Of a DNA stretch of 64,000 nucleotides, positions 41,790 through 50,543 are shown one piece after another (positions within the stretch are counted from its first letter, which is position 1; each line of letters opens with the position of its first letter). Source of the stretch: an uncultured Acidobacteriota bacterium (GTDB lineage Bacteria; Acidobacteriota; Thermoanaerobaculia; Multivoradales; UBA5704). A program made the translations under genes and the position numbers. Location of the stretch: contig OY969474.1 in assembly GCA_963700145.1 (NCBI GenBank), positions 2,048,001-2,112,000 on the forward strand, read 5' to 3'. The notes under the pieces were generated by a model. It saw only the letters and a program-made list of their open reading frames with translations. It was not told where the DNA came from and made no database searches.

Positions 41790-42343
41790 GCGCGCGCTTC
41801 CCCTACGTCCTCGTCACCGGCAACCCCGGCAAGCTCGCCGAGACCCGCCGCCTCGCCGGCGCCGACCTCGAAGCCGTCGCCCTCGATCTCCCCGAGATCC
41901 AGTCGCTCGACCTCCTGGAGGTCCTGCACGCCAAGGCCGACGAGGCCTGGCGCCGGCTCGGCCGGCCGCTGGTCGTCGAGGAGGCGGGCCTCGAGCTCGC
42001 CGCCTTCAACGGCTTCCCGGGGCCGCTGGTCAAGTGGATGCTGGACGCGGTAGGCGCGGAGGGGATCGCCGGCGCCGCGGCGGCGCTGGGCGACGTGCGG
42101 GCCACCGCCCGCTGCGCCCTCCTCACCCGCTCGGCCGCGGGCAACCTGGTGGCGGAAGGCGCGGCCGAGGGGACTCTCGTCCTCCCCGGCCGCGGTACTC
42201 AGGGGTTCGGTTTCGACCCGGTCTTCCTGCCGGCCGGCGAGGCCCGCACGTTCGGCGAGCTCGCCGGCCCGGAAAAGGATGCCGCCAGCCACCGCGGCCG
42301 CGCCTGGCGGGCGCTGCTCGCGCGGCTGGCGGCGGAACGCTAG
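41786..42343 (+). CDS. rdgB: Non-canonical purine NTP pyrophosphatase (RdgB/HAM1), probable CTG start
   Basis: The frame extends upstream of the listed ORF: VLVTGNPGKL..PEIQS..GFPGP..GFGFDPVF..SHRGRA. Confidence 0.88.
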   Translation: MSARFPYVLVTGNPGKLAETRRLAGADLEAVALDLPEIQSLDLLEVLHAKADEAWRRLGRPLVVEEAGLELAAFNGFPGPLVKWMLDAVGAEGIAGAAAALGDVRATARCALLTRSAAGNLVAEGAAEGTLVLPGRGTQGFGFDPVFLPAGEARTFGELAGPEKDAASHRGRAWRALLARLAAER

Positions 42344-44010
42344 CTGCAGCCCGCCATCTTGAACGAGCCGATGCGGGTCTTGAAGTCGAAGTCCTTCCGC
42401 GTGTCGTCGTTGCGCTGGTACTCCTGGGTGTACCAGAAGGTGCAGCCGTCCACCGGATCGACGCTCATCGCCGAGTAGTCGCCCCAGCGGTTGAAGGAGC
42501 TCTTCTGCACGTCCGACCCGGCGACCAGCGTCACCTCGCCGCCGGGCAGCGTCCCCAGCGGGTCCCCCGGCGTCCGCGTGGTGTAGCGGACCGAGGGGAA
42601 GACGTTCTTGCCGCTCACGCTGTAGCCCAGGGCGATGTTGCCGTTCTCGTCCATCGCCGCCGAGCCCGTCCAGCGGTGCAGGCCGTCGGCCGGGGCGAAG
42701 GTGCCGTCCTGGTGGCGCACCCAGCCGCCGCCGCTGTTGCGCAGCTCGGCCCAGCGGATCCCCGCCACGTTCGTCCCGGTGGCGTCCACCGTGGTGTTGA
42801 TCAGCAGCGTGTCGTGGGTCCCGAAGCTCCGGTACTGCGCGCGGTACATCTGCAGCTCGTCGATCGGGTCCAGCCTCTCGCCGCCCTTGGGCTGCGGGAT
42901 GCAGCCGCGCTGGAAGAAGCCGCACATCGTGTTGTCGAAGTCGGCGCCGGCCGGGACGATCGGCAGCTCGACGAAGGTCGAGTTGCCGGGCGTCGTGAAG
43001 TCGGGGTCGAACTGCCAGAGGCGGTAGCCGTCGACGCCGGTCAGCGGGCCGTCGAAGTCGTCGTCCCAGGCCTTGCTGAAGATGCCGGGCGTGCCGGCGG
43101 CGGGCGCCGGCCCCTCGAGGTGCGGCGGCTGGATGCCGTCCGGGCAGTCGTTGCTGAGGCACGGCAGGCTGAACTTGACGAAGGTCGCCGCCGGGTTGCC
43201 GGCCAGCATCGCCGCGCGGTCGAAGGCGACGGCGCTGGCGAAGGTGCCGTCGCCGGAGGGGAAGTCGCGCAGCGACAGGTAGTAGGCGTCGGGCATCAGG
43301 CCGAACTTCGGATAGTCGTTGTTCTCGCCCGGAGAGACCGCGAAGGCCCAGCGGTTGTAGGTGCCCAAGGGGTTGCCGGTCGTCGAGACGGCGACGCACT
43401 GGATCCCTTCGTTGATCGAGAACTGGCTCATCAGCCAGCGGTCGGCCAGGTGGTCGTAGAGCGTGATCGGGTCGCCGTCGTTGTTGTTCTGGCAGGGCCC
43501 GCCGAAGCCGGCCCAGAGGACGTTGCCCGCGAAGGGGCCGCCACCGGGAACGATCGTGCCAGTCGTCTTGCTGTAGACGGCGAAGATGAGGTTGATCCAC
43601 TGCACGTAGTGCGTCGCGCCCACGTCGCCTTGGGTGTCGGGCGGCACGATGCGGCCGCCGATGACCGTGGCGTTGTCGTCGTCGCTCAGGCCTTCGAAGT
43701 TGAGGATAGGCAGGGGCGTCGCCTGCGCCGACGGTCCCTGGGCCACGGTCTGGCGCAGGGGGTCTTCCTTGCCCTCGACGTCCGGCTTGCCGGCGCGCGG
43801 CGGGCGCAGGACGTTGACCTCGCGGTCGGGCTTGGCCTGCTTCGGAACGGACGCCGCTAGCTCGCTCAAGCGGGCCGAGACGTCGTGGTGCAGCGCCTGG
43901 CCGACGGTCGGCCGGTTGGCGGGCGGAGCGGCGAGAAGCACCTGCGGGGCGAGCAGCAGCAGAGCGGCCGCCGCCAGCAGGACGCTGCGAACCGAGAACC
44001 TCGGATCCAT
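42340..44010 (-). CDS. Secreted beta-rich hypothetical protein of the PPDTxGDVG..RWGDYS family
   Basis: Signal peptide, HHDVS propeptide-like segment, PPDTQGDVGATHYVQ, DYPKFG, RWGDYSAMSVDPVDGCTFWY. Confidence 0.75.
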   Translation of the reverse strand: MDPRFSVRSVLLAAAALLLLAPQVLLAAPPANRPTVGQALHHDVSARLSELAASVPKQAKPDREVNVLRPPRAGKPDVEGKEDPLRQTVAQGPSAQATPLPILNFEGLSDDDNATVIGGRIVPPDTQGDVGATHYVQWINLIFAVYSKTTGTIVPGGGPFAGNVLWAGFGGPCQNNNDGDPITLYDHLADRWLMSQFSINEGIQCVAVSTTGNPLGTYNRWAFAVSPGENNDYPKFGLMPDAYYLSLRDFPSGDGTFASAVAFDRAAMLAGNPAATFVKFSLPCLSNDCPDGIQPPHLEGPAPAAGTPGIFSKAWDDDFDGPLTGVDGYRLWQFDPDFTTPGNSTFVELPIVPAGADFDNTMCGFFQRGCIPQPKGGERLDPIDELQMYRAQYRSFGTHDTLLINTTVDATGTNVAGIRWAELRNSGGGWVRHQDGTFAPADGLHRWTGSAAMDENGNIALGYSVSGKNVFPSVRYTTRTPGDPLGTLPGGEVTLVAGSDVQKSSFNRWGDYSAMSVDPVDGCTFWYTQEYQRNDDTRKDFDFKTRIGSFKMAGCS

Positions 44011-44109
44011 GATTTCTCCTCCGGTAGGGGGCTGGGATGGAGCGCGGAGAGTACCACGGAAAACGCGCATCTCTTGTGGCACACTCCCGCCGTGCCCACC
44101 GTGCCCGCC

Positions 44110-45219
44110 GTGCAAAGATTCCCGACGCTCCTCCTCTTCGCCGCCCTCCCTTTCGCCGGCTGCGCCGCCGGCCCGCCCGCCGCCCGCACCCCCGCGGAGG
44201 GCGCGCCGGCGCCGGCCGCCTCCACCGGCTCCACCGAGCCCGCCGCCGCCGCGGCCCCGGACGACGCGGCGGCGGGCCTGCGGCAGGCGCTGGCGCGGGC
44301 CGAGACCGACCCGGCCGTGCGGGAGTCGCTGCGCCTCGCCGTCGAGTGTCGGGTCGATTCAGAGTTCCAGTCGCTGCAGGTCTTCGGCCCCGACCTCGGG
44401 ATCTGGAACGACGAGCGCCAATTCAACCTCGACCCCGAGCGGGTGCGCGCCCTCCTCGCCGCCCTACGCGCCGCGGACTTCCCCGGCCTCGCCGACAGCT
44501 ACGGCGGCGCGCCGAGCCCGCCCAAGCCGGAGCCCGAGCCCGGCGGCGCGGACGACGGCGGCGAAGCGATGGCAACCGTCCTCACCTGCCGCATCGACCT
44601 CGGTCTCGACGGCCACGAGAAGCAGGTCGTCCAGCTCGCCCGCGGCGAGCAGTCGCCGGTCTTGAAGCAGCTCGCCCACGACCTCCTGGCGGTCGGCGAG
44701 GAGGCGGCGCGCGCCGGCGGCGTCGGCGCCGCCGGCCTGCGCGAGGGGCTGGAGAAGATCGCGCGCGGCGAGCTGGCGCCCGAGACCTGGCGCCTCGTGC
44801 TGCACAGCAAGCCGGAAGAGATGGATGGGCGCGGCGAGACCGCGGGCTTCCTGCTGACGGTCGCCGGCCCGCGGGCGAGCACCCGCGAGTACAACCCGGC
44901 GACGGGCTATGCGGAGCCGGTCGTCCTGGAGCTGGCGCCGGACGAAGTCGCGGCCCTCGCCCGCGAGCTGGCGGCGCGGGACCCCGGCCCCTGGCCGGTC
45001 AACCTCTGGGCGCCGGACTACGTCGATCTCGCCGTCGAGGTCCTGAACCACGAGCGCGCCGTCCAGGCCCGCCGCTTCGCGGGCATGGCGCCGGACGCCC
45101 ACGGCCAGCGCCAGCGGGACTTCGAGGCGGTGCGCGAGGCGCTCGAGCGCCTCCACGAGGAGGTGCTGCGCCGGGGCGTCATTCCGCCCGCGCCGCCTCC
45201 CGCGCCACCTGGTCGGTGA
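44110..45219 (+). CDS. Hypothetical lipoprotein (start may be 44092 or 44101)
   Basis: LLLFAALPFAGC lipobox, Pro/Ala tether, typical codon usage. Confidence 0.65.
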   Translation: MQRFPTLLLFAALPFAGCAAGPPAARTPAEGAPAPAASTGSTEPAAAAAPDDAAAGLRQALARAETDPAVRESLRLAVECRVDSEFQSLQVFGPDLGIWNDERQFNLDPERVRALLAALRAADFPGLADSYGGAPSPPKPEPEPGGADDGGEAMATVLTCRIDLGLDGHEKQVVQLARGEQSPVLKQLAHDLLAVGEEAARAGGVGAAGLREGLEKIARGELAPETWRLVLHSKPEEMDGRGETAGFLLTVAGPRASTREYNPATGYAEPVVLELAPDEVAALARELAARDPGPWPVNLWAPDYVDLAVEVLNHERAVQARRFAGMAPDAHGQRQRDFEAVREALERLHEEVLRRGVIPPAPPPAPPGR

Positions 45220-46207
45220 CGATCAGCGTCCCGCTCTCCCCTTCGAGCGCCGCCGAGAGGTGCTCGATGTCGGTGATCAGCACCCGGCGCCCGGTGGCGG
45301 CGACGAAGTCGATCGCGGCCTCGATCTTGGGGCCCATGCTGCCGGGCGGGAACTGGCCGCGGGCGAGCAGGCGCTTGGCCTCGGAGAGCCCGAGCACCGG
45401 CAGCTCCTCCTGGTTCTTCTTGCCGTAGTTCTTCATCACCCGCGGCACGCCGGTCAGAATGATGAAGAGGTCGGCCTTGAGCTCGCGCGACAGCAGCGCC
45501 GAGGTGCGGTCCTTGTCGATCACCGCCTCGACCCCGGCGACCGATCCGTCCGGCCGCCGCACCACCGGCACCCCGCCGCCGCCGCCGGCGATGACCAAGT
45601 TGCCGCGCCCGAGGAGGTCGCGCACCGGGCCGACCCCCAGGATCTCCTGCGGCAGCGGGCTCGCCACCACCTTCCGCCAACCGCGCCCGGAGTCCTCCAG
45701 CATCCGCCAGCCGAGCTCGCGCTCCAGCACCTCGGCGCGGTAGCGCGAGAAGAACGGCCCCACCGGCTTGCTCGGCTCGCGGAAGCCGGGGTCGTCGGCG
45801 TCCACCACGACGAGCGTCAGCAGCGCCGCCACCTCCAGGTGCATGCTCTCGGCCTCGAGGCGGTTGCGCAGCGCCAGCTCGAGCAGGTACCCCATGCTCC
45901 CCTCGGTCTGCGCCACCGCGAAGTCGAGCGTCCCCGGCGGCACCTTGGTGGCCGCCTCCTCCATCTGGATCAGCACCTGCCCGACCTGCGGGCCGTTGCC
46001 GTGGACGACCACGAGGTCGAAGCCGCGGCGCACGAACTCGACCAGCCACCCGGCGCAGTCCTCGGCGCGCCGGAGCTGCTGCTCGACCGTGCCGTGGTCC
46101 TCCGGCCGCAGCAGGGCGTTGCCGCCGAAGGCGACGACGGCGAGCGGCCGCGCGATCTCCAGCCGCAGGTCGGCGACGATCGGCTGGCGCTTGAGCGCCC
46201 GTTTCAC
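45179..46207 (-). CDS. arcC: Carbamate kinase
   Basis: VAFGGNAL, HGNGPQVG, GWRKVVASP, EAVIDKD, GSMGPK. Confidence 0.95.
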   Translation of the reverse strand: MKRALKRQPIVADLRLEIARPLAVVAFGGNALLRPEDHGTVEQQLRRAEDCAGWLVEFVRRGFDLVVVHGNGPQVGQVLIQMEEAATKVPPGTLDFAVAQTEGSMGYLLELALRNRLEAESMHLEVAALLTLVVVDADDPGFREPSKPVGPFFSRYRAEVLERELGWRMLEDSGRGWRKVVASPLPQEILGVGPVRDLLGRGNLVIAGGGGGVPVVRRPDGSVAGVEAVIDKDRTSALLSRELKADLFIILTGVPRVMKNYGKKNQEELPVLGLSEAKRLLARGQFPPGSMGPKIEAAIDFVAATGRRVLITDIEHLSAALEGESGTLIVTDQVAREAARAE

Positions 46208-47484
46208 ACCGGGTCCCGCTCGACCGGCATCGTCATGCAGCGGGCGCCGCCGCGGGCGCGCGACAGCTCGTTGGAGAGCAGCGTCACGACCGCCGGCCCC
46301 CCCGAGAGGAGCGAGGCGTCGCCGTCGAGCACCTCCTGCTCGGTGAAGACCCGCCAGCCGCGGCGCGCCAGCTCCTCCACCGTCTTGCGGTTGCGGCGGT
46401 AGAGGAGGATGACGCCGGGGGCGACGGCGAAGGCGTTGGCGCCGTCGGTCCACTGCTCGCGCTGCTGATCGACGACCTCGACCGAGCCGCCGCAGGGGAC
46501 GACCTCCAGCTCCACGCCCAGCCCCGCGAGCGTGCCGAGGAGCGACTGGCGGAGGGCGAAGGTCAGCTCCTGGGCGTAGAGGTCCACGTAGTAGACGTGC
46601 GCCGACTCCGCGCCGCCGGGCTCGATGACCGGCAGGTAGGCGAGCGAGGTGTTGCGGTCGATCAGGGTGAAGACGGTGTCGAGGTGCATGTACGAGCGCT
46701 TGGCCGGCAGCTCCACCAGGATGAGATGCCGGAACGGCGTCTCCTCCAGGCGCAGGTACTCGGCGAGGACTTCCACGCCGCGCCGGTTGGTGCGCTCGGA
46801 GAGGCCGATCAGCACGATCTCGCGGTTGACCACGACCACGTCCCCGCCTTCGAGCGTCGGGTAGGGGAAGTGCGGGTTGTGGCGCGGCGCCCCGGAGGGC
46901 GGCACCTCGATCTCGAAGAGGGCGGCGTAGTCCTGGAGCTCGGGGTGGTAGTCGAAAAGCATGCGCGCCAGGAGCGGCTCGCGGCTCCGCGCCTCGGTCG
47001 CCATCGAGGAGATGACGACGCGGTTGCCCATCACCACCTGCGGGTCGCGCTGGAAGAAGTAGTTGGGCTGCGGCTGGAGGTCGAAGAACGGCGGGCGCGG
47101 GCCGGGCGGCGCCTCCTCCGGCTCCGGCAGGACCCCTTCGATGAGCGCCGCCGCCAGCTCCGCGGGCTCCAGCGCCTCGAGCCGCGCCACGGTGTCGCGG
47201 GCCACGCCGTACTCATCCTGCAGCTCGTCGAAGAGGCGCCGGCGCGGCTTCTCCAGGTCCACGACGTCGGCGAGGAGGCGCTGCGCCTCCAGCACCTCGG
47301 CCCCGGCCTTCTCCAGCACCCGGCGGAAGAGGTCGTGCTCCAGGCGGGTCTCGTCGCCGTCGAGGATGTCGTCGAAGAGGAGCTGCTCCATGCGCGAGGG
47401 GACCATGCGGTCGATCTCGCGCCCGGGCCGGTGCACGAGCACGCGGCGCAGTCGTCCGATCTCGGAGTCCACTCGGATGGCCAT
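46204..47484 (-). CDS. arcA: Arginine deiminase
   Basis: VDSEIGRLRRVLVHRPG, LLFDD, NYFFQRD, EGGD, MHLDT, RARGGARCMT. Confidence 0.95.
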   Translation of the reverse strand: MAIRVDSEIGRLRRVLVHRPGREIDRMVPSRMEQLLFDDILDGDETRLEHDLFRRVLEKAGAEVLEAQRLLADVVDLEKPRRRLFDELQDEYGVARDTVARLEALEPAELAAALIEGVLPEPEEAPPGPRPPFFDLQPQPNYFFQRDPQVVMGNRVVISSMATEARSREPLLARMLFDYHPELQDYAALFEIEVPPSGAPRHNPHFPYPTLEGGDVVVVNREIVLIGLSERTNRRGVEVLAEYLRLEETPFRHLILVELPAKRSYMHLDTVFTLIDRNTSLAYLPVIEPGGAESAHVYYVDLYAQELTFALRQSLLGTLAGLGVELEVVPCGGSVEVVDQQREQWTDGANAFAVAPGVILLYRRNRKTVEELARRGWRVFTEQEVLDGDASLLSGGPAVVTLLSNELSRARGGARCMTMPVERDPV

Positions 47485-47564
47485 GGCGGGATGACGAGGG
47501 GCCCCGCGGCGGGCCCCGGCGCCCCCGGCGGGAGGGGCGAGGCCGGCATTGTAGCATCGCGCCC

Positions 47565-49001
47565 ATGCCCGCCGAGCCGCCGCAGAACCCGCTCCACGAG
47601 CGCTACGCCTCGCCGGAGATGGCGCGGATCTTCTCGGCGTCGCACCGCTACGGCACCTGGCGCAAGCTCTGGATCGCCTTGGCCGAGTGCGAGGCCGAGC
47701 TGGGGCTGCCGATCCAGCCCGAGCAGCTCGCCGCCCTGCGGCAGGCGGCGCCGGGACTCGATCTGGAGCGGGTGGCCGAGCTGGAGCGGCGGACCCGCCA
47801 CGACGTCGTCGCCCACCTCCGGCACTTCGCCGAGCAGGCGGACGCGGTCGAGCCCGGGGCGGGGGGCGTCCTCCACCTCGGGGCGACCAGCGCCTACCTG
47901 ACCGACAACACCGACGTCCTGCTGATCCGCGAGGCCCTGGAGCTCCTGGCCGCGCGCCTGGCGGCGGCGATCCGCGAGCTGGCCGCCTTCGCCCGCCGCA
48001 CCCGCGCCCTCCCCAGCCTCGCCTACACCCACTTCCAACCGGCGCAGCTCACCACGGTCGGCAAGCGTGCCTGCCTCTGGCTCCAGGACCTGGCGACCGA
48101 CCACGCCGAGGTGCGCCACCGCCTCGGCACCCTCCGCTGCCGCGGCGTCAAGGGGACGACCGGCACCCAGGCCAGCTTCCTGACCCTCTTCGCCGGCGAC
48201 CACGGCAAGGTCCGGGAGCTGGACCGCCGGCTCGCCGCCCGCCTCGGCTTCCACGAGAGCTTCCCGGTCACCGGCCAGACCTACCCGCGCAAGCAGGACA
48301 GCCAGGTGCTCGCCGCCCTCGCCGGGATCGCCGAGAGCTGCCACAAGTACGGCACCGACCTCCGGCTCCTCCAGGGGGTCGGCGAGCTGGCCGAGCCCTT
48401 CGACGCCGAGCAGGTGGGCTCCTCGGCGATGGCCTACAAGCGCAACCCGGTGCGCGCCGAGCGGATGTGCGGGCTGGCCCGGCGCCTCATCACCGACAGC
48501 CTGAACGGCCCGCTCAACGCCGCCACCCAGTGGCTGGAGCGGAGCCTCGACGACTCCGCCAACCGCCGCCTGGTGCTGACCGACGCCTTCCTGACCGCGG
48601 ACGCCGTCCTGCTCCTGGCGGCGCACATCGCCGGCGGCCTCACGGTGCGCGAGGCGGCAGTCGCGGCCCGGGTCGCGCGCGAGCTGCCCTTCATGGCCAC
48701 CGAGACCTTCCTCATGGAGGCGGCGCTGCGCGGCGGCGACCGGCAGGCGCTCCACGAGCGGCTCCGCGGCTACAGCCTGGAGGCGCAGGAGACCGTCGAG
48801 CGGGGCGGCGAGAACCCGCTGGTCGCCCACGTCACCGCCGATCCGGATTTCCGGATCGCCCCCGAGGAGGCGCGGGCCTGGCTCGACCCCGCGGCCTTCA
48901 CCGGGCGGTCGGCCGAGCAGGTGGACGAGTTCCTGGCCGAGGTCGTCGAGCCGCTTCTGGCGGGGGCCAAAACCGCCGCGGTGGCGGCCCCCAGGATCTG
49001 A
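47565..49001 (+). CDS. purB: Adenylosuccinate lyase
   Basis: HDVVAH, HLGATS, THFQPAQ, GSSAMAYKRNP. Confidence 0.95.
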   Translation: MPAEPPQNPLHERYASPEMARIFSASHRYGTWRKLWIALAECEAELGLPIQPEQLAALRQAAPGLDLERVAELERRTRHDVVAHLRHFAEQADAVEPGAGGVLHLGATSAYLTDNTDVLLIREALELLAARLAAAIRELAAFARRTRALPSLAYTHFQPAQLTTVGKRACLWLQDLATDHAEVRHRLGTLRCRGVKGTTGTQASFLTLFAGDHGKVRELDRRLAARLGFHESFPVTGQTYPRKQDSQVLAALAGIAESCHKYGTDLRLLQGVGELAEPFDAEQVGSSAMAYKRNPVRAERMCGLARRLITDSLNGPLNAATQWLERSLDDSANRRLVLTDAFLTADAVLLLAAHIAGGLTVREAAVAARVARELPFMATETFLMEAALRGGDRQALHERLRGYSLEAQETVERGGENPLVAHVTADPDFRIAPEEARAWLDPAAFTGRSAEQVDEFLAEVVEPLLAGAKTAAVAAPRI

Positions 49002-49164
49002 CGTATCCCGAAGATTCGACTGCACTTACCGCGGACCACGGGGGCCGTTCGGGCCGATCTGCTACAATAGCGATCCGGTAATACTTCGGTGCGGGGAGTC
49101 CCCCGCCAGGCAGCTCAGCTCCTCGACGCTCCGCGAGGCGCGCCGATCAGTTCAGCACGAAGGC

Positions 49165-49848
49165 ATGGACACTCCGCTCTCGACACACGCCTGGCCGCGC
49201 TCTGCACCGGCGCACCGCCTGTCCCCCCGGGGCCGGGCGCTCCTCCTGCCGCTGGCCGCTGTCCTCGCCCTCCTCGCCGCCTGCACCTCCACCCGCGTTC
49301 CCGTCCGCCCCGGCTACGGCCGCCCGATCGAGACCGGCATGGCCTCCTGGTACGGCAACCCCTTCCACGGCCGGCGCACCGCCAGCGGCGAGCGCTACGA
49401 CATGCACGAGCTGACCGCCGCCCACCGCACCCTCCCCTTCGGCACCCGGCTGGAGGTGCTCAACCCGCGCAACGGGCGGTCGGTCGTGGTGCGGGTCACC
49501 GACCGCGGCCCCTTCGCCAAGAACCGCATCCTCGACCTCTCCTACGCCGCGGCCAAGGAGCTGGGGCTGGTGGGGCCAGGGACCGGCTGGGTGGAGCTCT
49601 ACTCCGCCGACGGCCTGGAGCCCCCGGCGCCGCACTTCACCGTCCAGGTGGCGGCCTTCGCCGAGGAGTGGCACGCCGAGGAGATGCACCGCGGCCTGGC
49701 CGCCCAGTACCCCGAGGCGGAGGTCCGCACCGACGGCACCTGGCACCGGGTCCAGGTGGGCTCCTTCGACGAGCGCGGCAAGGCCGAGGCCCTGCGCCGC
49801 GAGCTGACGATCCTGGGCTTCACGCCGCTGATCGTGCAGCTCCCGTAA
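49165..49848 (+). CDS. rlpA: RlpA-family lytic transglycosylase lipoprotein with SPOR domain
   Basis: LAAC lipobox, GMASWYG..TASGE..TAAHRTLPFGT..DRGP..DLS, C-terminal VQVAAF..RVQVG. Confidence 0.92.
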   Translation: MDTPLSTHAWPRSAPAHRLSPRGRALLLPLAAVLALLAACTSTRVPVRPGYGRPIETGMASWYGNPFHGRRTASGERYDMHELTAAHRTLPFGTRLEVLNPRNGRSVVVRVTDRGPFAKNRILDLSYAAAKELGLVGPGTGWVELYSADGLEPPAPHFTVQVAAFAEEWHAEEMHRGLAAQYPEAEVRTDGTWHRVQVGSFDERGKAEALRRELTILGFTPLIVQLP

Positions 49849-49921
49849 CGCCCCGGCGGAATTCAGCGGGCGGCGCCCGCGGTTGTACCCCCTGCCTCCG
49901 ACATCAGCAGGACCCCCTCCG

Positions 49922-50473
49922 ATGACGCCCTTCAAGCGCCATAGAAAGCCCCCGGCGAGAGTCAACGCGGCCCCCGTGCCGACCGGCCGGCGCCTGCCGC
50001 GGGTGGCGCTGCTCGCCGGGGCCGCCTACCTGGTGCTGGTCGCCTGGCAGGGGACCGAAGCGCCGGCGCCGCTCCTGGCGCGCCAGGACGCCCCGGCCGC
50101 TGCCGCCGCCGTCCCCGCGCTTCCTTACCTGAAAGCTCCCCTGCCGGAAGAGCCGGAAAAGAGCGCCGAGGAGGGGCAGGCAACCGCCGAGCACGGCGTC
50201 GCCTCCTGGTACGGCCGCGACTTCCACGGCCGCTCGACCGCCAGCGGCGAGCCCTTCGACATGCACGGGCTGACCGCCGCCCACCGCACCCTCCCCTTCG
50301 GCACCCCGGTCGAGGTGCGCAACCCGGCCAACGGCCGGAGCGTCGTGGTGCGGATCAACGACCGCGGCCCGCACACCCGCCGGCGCCTCATCGACCTCTC
50401 CTACGCCGCCGCCCGCGACCTCGGCATCGCCGCCCGCGGCACCGCCCCCGTCGAGCTGCGCGTCCTGCGCTGA
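49922..50473 (+). CDS. Second RlpA-family (DPBB) protein without SPOR
   Basis: GVASWYG..TASGE..TAAHRTLPFGT..RINDRGP..IDLS. Confidence 0.9.
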   Translation: MTPFKRHRKPPARVNAAPVPTGRRLPRVALLAGAAYLVLVAWQGTEAPAPLLARQDAPAAAAAVPALPYLKAPLPEEPEKSAEEGQATAEHGVASWYGRDFHGRSTASGEPFDMHGLTAAHRTLPFGTPVEVRNPANGRSVVVRINDRGPHTRRRLIDLSYAAARDLGIAARGTAPVELRVLR

Positions 50474-50543
50474 GGAGAGGCGCCGAAAAGGCGCGCAGGA
50501 GGTGCTACGCTTCAGCGAATAGACGGGAAGCGATAGGAGCATC

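Noticed and set aside
49165-50473. Tandem rlpA genes as a novel system
   Set aside because: Multiple RlpA/DPBB paralogs are common; nothing else unusual.
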